From positions 1,612,185 to 1,676,184 of the forward strand of contig NMRA01000013.1 in assembly GCA_002633005.1 (NCBI GenBank): DNA of 64,000 bases, read 5' to 3'. This document shows positions 23,101-35,604 of this stretch, piece after piece. The position numbers were made by a program, and so were the translations under genes. Origin of the DNA: Phoronis australis (lineage: Eukaryota; Animalia; Phoronida). Positions within the stretch are counted from its first letter, which is position 1, and the number at the start of each line of letters is the position of its first letter. The notes beneath the pieces were generated by a model. That model saw only the letters and a program-made list of their open reading frames with translations. It had not been told where the DNA came from and did no database searches.

Positions 23101-25874
23101 CAATTGACCAGTTTTTGTGAGACGTTGCAATTTCGTGTCCTGTCAGGTTTTGTTCTTGACATGGTGACGTATAATTTTCACAAACATATTTTTTTCAGCT
23201 CAGTGTTACAGAATGAGGTCATCAGTTTTGATTACTTTGTTGCAAGTGTAGATATCAAATGTGATAACTGAACATTATTTTGCTGAAGGACCTCAGTTTT
23301 CAATAAACACTTCTGATTTGAAGTCGTGATATTGTGCAAAGACTTTATATGGAAGACAGTGTCTGAACTGAGTACAACAAATATTCAAATTAGAACATAA
23401 TATGGGACAGTAAAATAATTTATTTTGTTGAATTTCTCAACAACTATACACGTAGGTCATTTGGTTAACTAAACGCAAGCAATTTTTAAGTGCCATTAGC
23501 GTTTGAGCCAGACAGATGTGCTGCCTGCAAAGGCGTCATTTTTGCCAGCAGTTAATGTAAAAATTCTCCAATTTGCTCGTGTTGGAACTAGAAATGGGCG
23601 ACTTCACCATCCCAAATTCAAGAAGGCAAAATTACACTCTCTGTGGATTGAAAAACGTCCGAAATTTGAGAAATACAGCCTGACCTCTCTATACCAAGTG
23701 TTTGAGTTCTCTGAAATGAAGGGTCTGGCTTCAAGATACTAGTGAAGAGACAAGCATGTTTTGGGGTAACTCAAACTGCCAGCTCTAAGCACTAGTGGTA
23801 GCCTCACTAAATACAACCCTTCACATTACTGACGTTTCTGCTGCTGGCAAAAGTTCTAGCATTTGTGATAGAGTATTCACTTGTTTAGCATGATATCATT
23901 TGTATGTTTTGGATCTTGTCAAATAAAATTAAGACACCAAAATAAAAGTCAATAATAATAATTGGGCCAGATTTACAACCTCTGTAAATTACTAAGCACT
24001 TTGGAAATTATTACCTCCTGGCTAATGCTAATGCTTGAGAGCATACAATGGGTGCAACTGCTGTGTGAGTACACCAATTAATCCAAACAGGAAATATTCT
24101 AAAATTTCATGTGCTGTAGAATTGTCCCCATGGTTACCAGCGTCCACCATATTGTGCCCTAAACTGGGGAGATTTTACCATAATTTATGCACTTCAAGTG
24201 TAAAATGGATCCTTACGGTGGATGAAAAAAGTTTGACCTCGCATTCAGTGTGAGGTAGTGTTAGTTGAACAACCGAAAAAGGAAATTCACTTCATAATTA
24301 GAAACCTGGCCTTTTTCATGTAATCTTGTGTGCTATCAATAGATTTCTACAAGCATTCCTGTGTCATCATGAGGCCAAGTGACCAAGAAGTATGATTCAA
24401 GCTATTATGATGTTTAGCAGAGCAATTATCCATTAGCAATCTCTTCACAGGAATAAAACACTGGCTGAAGTAAACTGATATATGGTTATCTAAAACAGGC
24501 GATTTTGCAAACTGTTTGGCTTCTGAAATTGAATTCCTAGTAGAAAGGTAGTCATGATAATTTTTATGCTAAGACGTGATAAAAATTGGCTGATATTTAT
24601 TTATTTTGGTCTTCGTTCTCTCGTTCCTGAGTTTTTTAATGGTTTTGGTTACTCTTTGAATTGTTGTACATAATTGGCCTTCGAGTCATGATACCTGACA
24701 AAAGACCACATGGACAAGATTGACATCTGGATAAAGCATTGATTTAGAAACTGCTGTGTCTGGAGTTGAAACAAGTCTGGGGGGTTTTGTGATGACAAAA
24801 GACTGATCACACTTCAGTCTTGCGTATTTTCAACATGTGGTGCCGGAACTTGTCTGGCATCCCTTTTGACGTTCCTAAATGAGTATTGCTGGAATAATCA
24901 CTTTTCCAAGTTCTTAGAAACGCTCTTGACGGTTTCATTTCTGATTTCCGTTCATTCCCATTGTTTTCTTATGACAATGAAAGTAGTTCTCGAGTACGTT
25001 GTCTAGACAACACTGACTGTTGCACATGCATACATTTCCAATTCTTCTTGAGAATCAGTTTCGATTCAGTGTGTCAAAATTCGTTTTAAATTGTTACGTG
25101 TCAAAAATCGAGTCCGTGAGATTGTTAACAAACAAACAAAAGGCTATCCCAGTTTATAACCTCCTCCCAGTTTAAGGAAGTGCTTGAAACTTGTCATCCA
25201 ACCTGTTGTTGCAGCTATGTTTGCTTGCTGATTGATGAACATGTGAACAGTGCCTGAGATTTGGACTGACAATACCTGTGTAACTAATGCGTTAGTGTAT
25301 TTGATGGTTACCTAATCTTGTACTAGGTAACCAACAGACCGTCGCATGCCACACGTGTTATTGGAGTGGTGAACACAGTGAAAAATGAATCTTTAGTACC
25401 TGCATCTGAGTGTTCCTAGGTTGTCATTCTGACGTCTAGGCTCAGAGAAACTTCTGTTTTCGTCTTTGCGTGTCATACCAGCATACAACAACAATATATT
25501 TTCCCATGATGGCCTCGATTATGTTGTGTCATTGCATTATTTTTTGCAGGTGTTCTTTTTCAAATGATTTTTTAATTTTAATTACTGTCGCAAACATCAA
25601 TCATCTGGTTTATCATTAAATGAAAAGCGTATCTTGTGAACACATGACAATTAATGATATACCGTAAATCACTTCAAATCTTTGACATAAAAATTCTTTA
25701 ACTTGGAACACAATATGGTGAACATGTAGAATTTTATTTAGTTAAATTACAGAATGTTAACGTTTTACAAAATTTTTGTTACCTGTTACGGTAAAATCTC
25801 TCACACTGAGGACACGAGACAGGAAATTTTACGTTCTTATTTTTTATAAATGAATGCTTTAGCATATTCAAGGT

Positions 25875-26120
25875 CAGGAGCCTGTTCCAAGAAACTGACT
25901 TAAGTTAATTTTTGACTGTAAGTCTAAGATTTGTCTTAACTTCAAAACTTCCACCTCCAGTAAGTTAGTCAAAATTAAGACAAACCTTATGTCAAACACT
26001 TAAGTCAAGCTTAAGATCTCTTTCTTGAAATGTTTTAAGGCATATTTAACTTTTATTTTAAAATTGACTAAAATTTGAGTTTTGTCTTAGCTAAGTCAGT
26101 TTTGTCGGAGCGGGTCCCTG
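25875..26120. mobile_element. MITE with ~30-bp imperfect TIRs, possibly PIF/Harbinger-like
   Basis: caggagcctgttccaagaaactgactta versus the reverse complement of taagtcagttttgtcggagcgggtccctg; interior rich in acttaagt/ttaag subrepeats. Confidence 0.65.
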
Positions 26121-27973
26121 TATTGCGGTATTGCTACCAGCAAATACTTTTAAAAAATTGTAGGTATTCACAACAGTGTTAAAAGCCTTGAAAAATTAAG
26201 TGAAACCATTCTCAGGAGTGACACTTGGGAAAATCGAATAAAAACATAGCGAGGTCAATGAGTGAAACCAAGAACATCCAACAACCACGACCCTGACGCC
26301 TGTTGCGCCAACCTACTGTAAATGATAAACTATTAAATGTGCATTGAGGAGTCAGCCAATAAAAGAGTCATCAAGTTACAAAACCCTCTAGAACGGTGAA
26401 ACGACCAATTGCGCACAGCTTGTGAGGAGATTTATTTACATACTGAATTTGAAAAGGTTCGTTCAAAGGATCACTGCTAACAATCATCTTAGCAATAAAT
26501 CTCAAGTATCTCGAGAGTAGTAAGTCGTAGCGAGAAATGGATATCACTTAATGCTCAGATAGCACTTGAAACGATCTGACCACATATCAAAAGGGATGTC
26601 AAAGATGCAACACAAAAAATTGAATGCACGACCCCCTCGACCCACAACCCCCTTGACCCAGCCTACACAAGCTTAACTTGATCTGAACGTAGAACAAGTG
26701 TTGACTTCAGTGCAAGACCAATGAGTTGGGCCGTGAGCTAGGCTGGCTTTTCCCTGTTTTTTGCAATTAAGAGAGTTGATTCAGCAAGTTTGAAAGCTAA
26801 AAACGGGAAAAAAAAACATGACCAAATCAAATTATAAGACCTACCAACGACAAATGTTGTTCCTGGCAGAGTGTAATCGTCTTGTCTTATTTAGTTCGTC
26901 AATGAATGGCAGATTCAACTTTTTTGTGGAGAATGCAAGGAACCGACAAAACTAATTTCACCATTAGATACAGTTTGAAAAAACAAAATGTTAACTAAAA
27001 AGTATTTCAATGTTATATGGAGTATATTGTAAATGAGAATACAACATAAAACAGATAATAAAAATATGAAATTGTGTACATTCACGTTAACGTACTCTCT
27101 CCCTAAGTTTAGTAGAACTGGGCCATTAAATGGTAGCCGCTCGTGGAACTATTTCCGTGACAACGATAGCGCGCTCACAATGCGCTATTCGAGACCATGT
27201 TCTCACGCCACTTTCTGTTTTTAATCACCACTCGCTTCTAGGTATGTCATGGGAAAGTCACTCAGCAACCTAATAACATTATGAAATATGTGAAAAGTAC
27301 ACAAATACCTCTGTTGCCACAGATTGTGGGTCAAGGGGGTCGTGTGTCGAGGAAATCGTGGGTCAAGGGGGTTGGGTGTCGAGGGGTGAGGGAGCTTTAA
27401 AACAATCCCGTGAAATGCTATCCACGAAAAATCAGAAAAATTCCTTCTGAGACAGGGCCTTATGGCTCCACAAAGCAAAACAATGAAAATGGCCACCACA
27501 ACGCCATCTTGCTTCCAATTTTAACCAAAAACAAACTGCTTGTAGCCATTCATGAGACATGTGCAAATTCCATGTTGATTGCCAGCTGCCCACAAGGAAA
27601 CAAACGAAAACATTTTTTGTCAAAGCAACCAGCTAAAAGAAATTTCATTTCATTCAGTAAAATTGGAATTTTGTGAATTATTTTTGTCCGAAACTGGTGA
27701 CATTTTGCCCTAACATGGTCAGTACAGTATTCATGTAGCTGTCAGCAAGCAACTGGTTATGTAATTTAGCATTGTAAATTCACCTATTATTGTGTACAGA
27801 ATTTAGACTTTTCCACAATTCAAGAAGTTCTCATTTCCTTAGGGCGCATTATCAAAAATCCGTTTACAGTTGAGACGATCTTAAGTGTTTTCCCAGTAAG
27901 TGAGGGCTACTTTTTGCATTACAGCTTTGTGGTGGTTGACTTTGAGCACAGTTTGAAATGACAAAATTTTCCT

Positions 27974-28467
27974 TATCGGTATTTTCCTAGCATAGATAAC
28001 CCTACCCGATGAAATGCCTCTGGGTGTTTATTCGGAAAATCGGGCCCATGGGCGTTTATTTGGGGTTACAACTTCTGGTGTCAGGGTCTGGATAGTGGGG
28101 TGTTTATGAGGAAAATTTCCTCTTAAAAGCGCGCTCAGCATCAGGTTTTAGTCGCAAATTCAGTTTTGTGGAGCATTTATCATTATTTTATAAAAATGAA
28201 TAAAGTGTTCAGTGGTGAACTCTGCATTTATTAAGATAAAATTTAAAAAACAGTTTGAAGTAAAAACGTGGTGAAACCTCTTATTCTTAAAGGCCTTAAT
28301 GTATTCAGCCCGTGCTGGCGACTTTGCGTGGCCAAAAATATTATTTTCCGTTTACGCACTCCATTTCCGAATAAACGCCCGGGCCTTTATTTGGTGTTAC
28401 TAAAACTCCTGAAAATTTTCATTTTCCGAATACACACCCATGGGTTTATCTACAGAAAATCCCAGTA
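27974..28467. mobile_element. Tc1/mariner-type MITE, degenerate; related partial copy at ~52295-52413
   Basis: Ends tatcggtattttcc ... gaaaatcccagta; inverted subterminal motifs gggcgtttatt / aataaacgccc and ttcggaaaat / attttccgaa. Confidence 0.6.
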
Positions 28468-31309
28468 CTGACTGTACTGCTGGGCACAAGTAAGTTGCTC
28501 TGGAATACAATTTTACGAAACAATGATATGTTAAAAGGACAGTTTACATAGGACCATGGACATTGCCGTTAGGACCTGAAACTTTTAAATGAAGGTAATT
28601 TTACCCCATAAATGAAAATCTTTCTATACCAAGATTGAAAGTCATTTCCATTTTTAGGTGAAATATTGAATCTCAATTAATGTACCTGAAACAGTCACAA
28701 CTATACAGGTTACATAAGGTTACCATGTAATGATGGGCCTACAGGTGGTAGCAGAGACATGCTATTATTTGTGGTAATTTTGGAGAGTGTGCTGGAGGAC
28801 TGGGAGTTAAACCCCAGTGCTGAAGCTGTAACTTCATTTGTATTTGAGGGCCAATTTTGATGCTTCTATTATGATTTTTTTACAAAGACATACACTCGAA
28901 GGAATTGTGAAAACAAATGGAAACAATATTTCAGTACCTTGTCTGGCAAGGTTGATTTGTAACAGGAGCCAATGAAATCCAGAGAGGTATTCTACGCTCT
29001 GAGTGTGATTCTGTCTCCATTTTCACATCAGAATACAAGTTGAATTGCTCAGGAAATAAAAGAAACTAGCGCGGCATTGGTTGTTGTAAAGTAGGGCAAT
29101 TCGCCACTTATTTCGCACAAAATTAATTTCCAAAATTGTCGCTTTTAGTTTTTTCAAAGGCTTATTACTTTGTTGCAGATATTGGAAAGTGACCACAAAT
29201 TGTTTTCTGAGATTATTTTATTTTTATTTTATGCAAGACTTTTCATTCAAAGAAGTCCTATAATTTGATAGCCCATCATGCAGAAGTGGGTCAATCTAAA
29301 ACACGTTCCTAAAGCTTTTTAAAGAATAGTGTATAAAGCATAGAAGTTTCACATGAATCTGATCTGACTAATGATAATTCAGAAGTTATAACAACAAACT
29401 TAAGACATTTTTCTTGGATTCTACATTACCCTTAAACATGGAACACTAGTCGAGGGCATTATAGTGCTCAGAACAAGTGAACATTTGAGTTCTGCCAGGG
29501 ACATTTTGTTAATTTATCCGAATTCCACTTTTTTGTGTTAAGCACATGTAAATGTCTAATTGTGGTTAACTTTAAAAAGTCAAAAATGGCTGATCAGATT
29601 GATATGATACTACACACTGTGCTTTATGGGGTGTTATCCAAAAGCTGTTTTCCAAATGTTTCACTTTTGCATGAGAGTGGCGTCAAAAAACCCAAAAACT
29701 ACAAGAAATGGAAGTGAAATGATGCTTTGAGAAAACTGTAATTATAATATTTTTGAGATATCTTGAAATTCATTCTAGGTGAAATTTGGACAATTTAATG
29801 CCATTGTTTTGCCATGTATAGACCTTACTTTTTTCAATTTTACTAAGACACCATCGTGAGACCCAATTAATGAAAGGTTGGAATTAGTTGGCTACTTTTA
29901 GATAATATACAGTTTTTACATGTTGACTAAATGCACAGACCTGCCAATTAGGTCTGGCAGAACCTGAGGTGCTTTGTTTTTGTGCTCATCTCGTTAGTGG
30001 CATTTTGTTTTGTTTACGTAGTGCCATAGTAGCACTGGTTGATACAACAGCTTCTCATTGTCATATGTGTTATGGTGACCCCTCAAACAACATGTTTATT
30101 TTGCTGTGTGATGCCCATTGTCCCACTATGGCCATTCCTTTTTGTATAGACGAACATGAACACCTTTTGTTGCCGTTTTGCATGTTACAAAAATTGGACC
30201 AGGCTGTTGGTATCAGTACACCATCCTGATGAGGCGATGATGTGTTTTTCCATTTTCAAGCTTACAAATGGACACAATTGATGTATGACTGTACAAATAA
30301 TGGTACCACTTTCATGTTTTGACATCCTCCAACAATTACCAGTGTGGAAAGCAACTGCTGTACCTGGCTGGAATGTTACAGAAGTTATCGTAATATTAGC
30401 CAACCATTGTTTAAGTGATGGGGGTAATTACAAGAATTCTTTGTCTTTTTTTTCTACCACACTGAACGTTAAAAAACGTGACACCTTGTACTTTATCAAT
30501 AGATATCTATGAGCCCTGCCTGGACCAACCCAGCGCATTATCATGACTCGTGATCTAAGTTCCTTTTGTGTTAAGGAATTATCACAAATCAGTAATCAAT
30601 GACTGCAATAGCAGTACCTTGAATTGGGATGACATGTGTTTTACTGTCTGTGATGCTGGACAAAAGACTTCTGAGAATGCTTTAAAATATGCTGTTTGAA
30701 TACTGCTTTCCATCTGGAGTTGATACTAAATGTTTTTTCGTTGTAATAAGTGGAATTTTGTATGGCATTATTCTCAACAATAAAAAATTAAGCTTCAGGT
30801 AAAATCCAATTAATCAGTAGCGTGGTTTGTACACACAGCTATTATGTATACAGCTAGGAGGTGAGCATTTGAAGACATGAAAATGTCAATTTCAGCAGTA
30901 AATTTTGTGCGAAATAAGTGACTGAGTTGGCAATACATGAGGGACTGCTGTCGGGCGGAAATTTGCCATTGTCATTGTTTTACATGTTATGGTAAAGGCC
31001 AAATCCTTTGATCAGGATACAAGAAATTTCTTAATGCGAGTACATTACCCTTTTCAACACAGTAAGCCAATGACATGAGTTGTCTAAATGGTAAAGTATG
31101 AGCCCCTCCCCATCAGAAAAGTAACTTGGTGCTGAAAAGCATTATAGTCTCAAGTAAATAGGTTATGTGAAAAATTTAATATCATGAAAGTTTGAATTTA
31201 CTTTTCAAGCTTAAAAAGTTTTGTAAAAGACGATGTATTGTGTTTGGTTAGATAGTAAGCAAGTCATTCTACATAGAAGTCTTTAGCATTGTGTGACCTC
31301 ATATTAAAG

Positions 31310-32318
31310 CATAGGCGGATTTAGGGGGGGGGGGGGCNCGGGCCTCCACCTTGGCTGCCGCAAAAAAAAATAAAACAGTAAGAGTGTAGGGAAATGGTGA
31401 GTTTATTAATTAACCTTGGTAATTAAAATTATACGGATAAAAAAGATTTAAATGTGTGCAGTTTTAGTGTTGGGGGAGGGGGCTCAAATCCAATTTCAAG
31501 AGTCAAATTCGGAACACGGCGTATTCGTAACGGAACTATGGCTAAGTATAGACTCTCCCGCGATATCCCAGGCGACCGGCAGTGGCGCTGCGCACTACGA
31601 CTCCGTTTCCGTCGTCTGCTCCACTGTGCAATGAAGAAAATTTACTTCAATTTTTAAAGAAAATGGAATCTGAGTGACGATGAAAAAACAGAAGCTGCTG
31701 GTAAGATGTGAATTTTAATCGAATCCTTAGTGAATCACTCAGAAACTCGCAATACTCTCTTTGTCAAACCTTATCTTAAGACGATTTCCAAAGCAATCCC
31801 GTCATTATTGCCAACACGAAAAATGGATTTGGTCTTTTGGGCATTTGAAGACTATTTCAAATACGACAAATTTGTTAAGAATTGATGGCACAAAATATAA
31901 AACGTGTAATAAACATTACAAAAAGAAGAAGGTTTCGCGCGCAAACGCTGTGGACCATAAACAAGTATGTCTTTTAGTATGTGGTTACTAGTTAAGACGT
32001 GGTGGTGTAGTGGTAATGCATGCGCGCTCTATCCGCGAGGTCGTGAGTTCGAGTCTTTGTAACTTGCAGTTTTTCCTGTTAGACACGTTCTCCGATTTTT
32101 TTTGCCTGTTTTTCTTGGATAATACTTCAGGAATCAAGGAAAATGCTTGATTTTTGGAGGTAAAAACAGAAAAATTTCCTGGCGGGAGGGGGGTTTGCCT
32201 CCCTCCCGACCTTCCCCCATTCGGTGCTATGCGCATCTACAATCGTTCAGTTTGCACAAATGCTTACAGCCGGACAAAATGTTGGGCCCCCCCTTGTGAT
32301 ATCCTAGATCCGCCACTG
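31310..32318. mobile_element. Non-autonomous hAT-like DNA element (~1.0 kb) with a 5-bp TSD
   Basis: Imperfect TIRs cataggcggatttagg / cctagatccgccactg with inner G and C runs; taaag duplicated at 31305-31309 and 32319-32323. Confidence 0.8.
31996..32067 (+). pseudogene. tRNA-derived sequence (Pol III A and B boxes) inside the hAT-like element; not an intact tRNA
   Basis: TGGTGTAGTGGTAA A box and GAGTTCGAGTC B box; D stem gtgt/gcat pairs, but acceptor and T stems do not. Confidence 0.6.
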
Positions 32319-33591
32319 TAAAGAGTCTTTCAATTGACGAAATTCTGATCCTAGGCTGCATGACGAGTCAAGTTCAGAGGGATGAAACACAATTTCTTTC
32401 ATTCACGGACATTTTTGACGTCATGGATTCAAATAATTTTAATGCACCCACATATTTATGAGGACCCATTATGCCGTCATCTCCGTCCGTCCGTCCGGCG
32501 TCTGCTGCTCTATCTTAAAAACGCCTTGACATATGTTCATGAAATTTTGCACATGTGTTCCTTCTGTAGATGGAACGGCATGAGCAAACTTTTGAATGGA
32601 TCCTACAACTGGTGTGCCCCCTAGTGGCAATTTTAATTTTTTACGTTTACCTTTGTATCTTCAAAAATTCTGAATGGATTTTTGTAAAATTTGGTATATA
32701 GGCACCTATTAGTGAGTTGGCGCAGTCTTGCCGTTTTCGGATGGATTCAATGTACACTGCACTGTAGTTTGGGCCACCTAGTGGCCATTTTTACTGTTTT
32801 CGAGTCTGTTTTTTTGTATCCACCCCTCTATCAACCAAACCGCTCAAAGGATGATTGTGAAAATTGGCACGTATGTTTTTACTATGAAGTGGACGGCTGA
32901 CGATGAGTTTTTGATGATTTCGACTACTCAGTGGCACCTCCTTGTGGCATTTTGGGGGGGAGGGGCTATTGCTGTTTCTCCTAAACCGTTCGAAGGATCT
33001 TTACTAAATTTAGTAAGTGTATTTACATGATGTTGACAACAGACGATGACGACTTTCAGATGGATCTGACGACTGGTGTGCCACCTAGTGGCAATTTATT
33101 TTTTTTACGTTTACCCCTGTATGTTCAAAGGTCCTCAATTTATTTTCAGAAAATTTGGCATACAGGCATCTTTTAATGAGGTGACGCTATCTCTTCGTTT
33201 TCAGTTGGATTCAACCTAGTTTGCGCCACCTATTGGCCATTTTTTACTGTTTTCGAGTCTTTTTTTGGCTTCCACTCATCTATCAAGCCAACCGCTTTCA
33301 GGATAATTGTGAAAATTGGCATGTATGTTTTTACTTGGAAGTGGACAGTTGACGATGATTTTCCGACGAGTTCGACTACTGTGGCGCCTCCTAGTGGCAG
33401 TTTTTTTTGAGCTCATGGCTGTATCTCCTTGTAGGATCTTTACTTAATTTAGCAAGCGTATTTATATGATGTTGACAACGGACGGCGACGACTTTCGGAC
33501 GGATCTGACTTCTGGTGTGCCCCTTAGTGGCAATTTTAGTTTTTTTACGTTTACCAGTCTGTACCTTCAAAGGTCCTCAATAGATTTTCAT

Positions 33592-34099
33592 CAGGGCTTG
33601 GAATTTTCCGCGGAAACGCGGATTTCCGCTTTTTTCAAATGTGCTTTCCGCTTTTTTTATAATATTTCCGCGTAAAAAAATCAGATTTGATATAAAATTT
33701 CCGCGGCAAATTCCTTTCTTACCGCGGCGTTGCAGACGACGTTTACCTCGAAAAGCGGAAGTTGCTCTTTATGTTTTGGAGGAACGTAAATTGTCAACAT
33801 TGCTGGGGCATCTGGGACAGCATGGTGGGAGATTTTCAATGGCGTCTCGTGTTATTGTTAAGCGCGGCGACAAATACTACCGCTCTGCAGCCAAAAATGT
33901 GTGGGTTGGGAGTGGACGGGCGAGCTGAAAGGACGCAAGACGCATGCTACTGGTGGTGGTAACGTTTTTTTTTAGTCCTCCCGATTTTTGTCGGGGAAAG
34001 GTTCACACTGACCATTTCAAGGCTGGTTATCGGGCAAGATTTGGGCCGTGAAAGTTTCAAAGTTTCCGCGTTTTTTGTCATTGGTCATTCCAAGCCCTG
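33592..34099. mobile_element. Non-autonomous DNA transposon (508 bp) with perfect 13-bp TIR CAGGGCTTGGAAT and 6-bp TSD tttcat; hAT-like
   Basis: TIRs are exact. The host consensus gattttcataaaattttg is split with tttcat duplicated (33586-33591 and 34100-34105). Confidence 0.9.
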
Positions 34100-34529
34100 T
34101 TTCATAAAATTTTGAATATAAGCATCTATTGGTGAGATGACGCTATCATCCTGTTTTTTGATGGAATCTAGGTATTTTGCACCACCTTGTGGCCATTTTT
34201 GGTGTTTTGAAATCTTGTTTTTGGCGTCCACCCCTCAATCAATCAAATCATTCAAGGGATGGTTTTGAAAATTGGTGTATGTTTTCAGTGAAGAGGACCT
34301 TTGATGATGGTGACTGACTACTGTGGGGCCTCCTAATGGTAGTTTTGTTTTGTTTTTCGCCCATTGCTGTATATCCAAAACTCACTGCAGGATCTTTATC
34401 AAATTTAGTACGTGAATTTTAATGAAGATAACAGACGATGACTTTGAGGCGGATAGAACGGACACTATGCCCACAAGTGGCAATTTCATTTTGTTCCGTT
34501 TTCCTTTATTTCTCTGAAGTTCCTTGACA

Positions 34530-34807
34530 CATAACTCTTAATCGTCGTGAGAGACCGTCCGGAGTTGGTATATGCTGCAACTCAGGATGGTCTGGGATCT
34601 ACAGAAAACCACAGTTCATCTGTGAGTCTACACCAGTGTGATAAACGAGAGTAGTTCTACTTGCTGCGTCAGCTGCTGGTATGCTTATCTCTTTTATGAC
34701 ACACAGTGTGTGATTGGGCAAAGCGTTTTCAAAATATTGTGGATAAATCAGTGGACTGTGAGACCCCTGAGGTCCCTGTCAAATCCTCACGACAATTTTA
34801 CGTTATG
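34530..34807. mobile_element. 278-bp insertion with 22-bp imperfect TIRs inside HINE copy 3
   Basis: cataactcttaatcgtcgtgag versus the reverse complement of ctcacgacaattttacgttatg; absent at the homologous position (~12520) of the other copy. Confidence 0.75.
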
Positions 34808-35545
34808 AGATTTTTATGAAATATGGAATGTTCCCGTATTTGGATGGATTGCACATTTTTGCACCATCTAGTGGCCATTTCCATGATACAAATAAATAAC
34901 TCTAAAAGCACACCATTTGCGATGCACTTGTGGGTGCATTTCAATGCTCCACGTTGCTTTTGTTGAAAATGCTGGAAAATATCGCACTGAATATAATCCA
35001 TACAAGAATTCAGAACGGTGTCTACAAACTACTCCGTCTAGTGACAAGGCGAATAGCGTCATGTCGCCGTTACATGGAAAATGTTTTTTGGTACTGCGCG
35101 TAACGTCAGGTGACGTACTGTTTAGGGGTGATTGAAATTTTTACATATGTTGCCAGACTTTACAGGAGAGGCTGTGCTGATAGGTAAATTTGCCAATTTT
35201 AAAGAACACTAAAGAAAATGGCGATGTTTAAAATTTCATTTTTTCATCTTTTATGAAAGGAATATGCCTGGTAAACACCAAATTACGGCTTTCTGGACAG
35301 TGTTCAGGTTTTGTACAAGCTAACATCATACAATGTTTTGAAAACTGTCTGCCATTCACAACAATTACATTCCCTTGAATAATGAGAAAAGTGTAATGTT
35401 AGCGATTATTTTGATTGAAATTAGTGAGATTTTGCCTTAACAGTTTTGCAATTCTACTTGAACACTCTAAATAGCAGTACTTTACTACTGGTTTTATGGA
35501 AAAATTTCTCTTGCTCAGGTATCTGCAGTTCATACTCACTAGGTC

Positions 35546-35604
35546 TTTGTAATAAGTCACTTTGTAATAAGTCACTCTGTAATAAGTCAATTGTAATAAG
35601 TCAC
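35546..35604. repeat. Minisatellite, 4 x 15 bp (tttgtaataagtcac)
   Basis: Directly visible tandem copies. Confidence 0.95.

Larger units (their letters stand above)
32437..34963 (+). mobile_element. HINE/DINE-like element, copy 3, carrying two nested insertions
   Basis: Same 5' block (atgcacccacatatttat...cattatgccgtcatctccgtccgtccgtcc), ~150-bp subunits, and 3' gtgggtgcatttcaatgctccacgttgcttttgt. Confidence 0.85.

Noticed and set aside
27480-27520. caagATGGCG start-like context on the minus strand
   Set aside because: The frame stops after 15 codons and I saw no convincing donor; more likely a YY1-type motif in repeat-derived DNA.
31454-31706. GC-rich ORF plus splice donor that looked like the first exon of a host gene
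   Set aside because: It lies wholly within the TIR- and TSD-bounded element 31310-32318 and the peptide is not recognisable.
32021-32038. Apparent CUA (amber suppressor) anticodon in cgcg-ctctatc-cgcg of the tRNA-like sequence
   Set aside because: The anticodon stem is only 4 bp, position 37 is a pyrimidine, acceptor and T stems do not pair, and it lies inside a transposon; not a functional tRNA.
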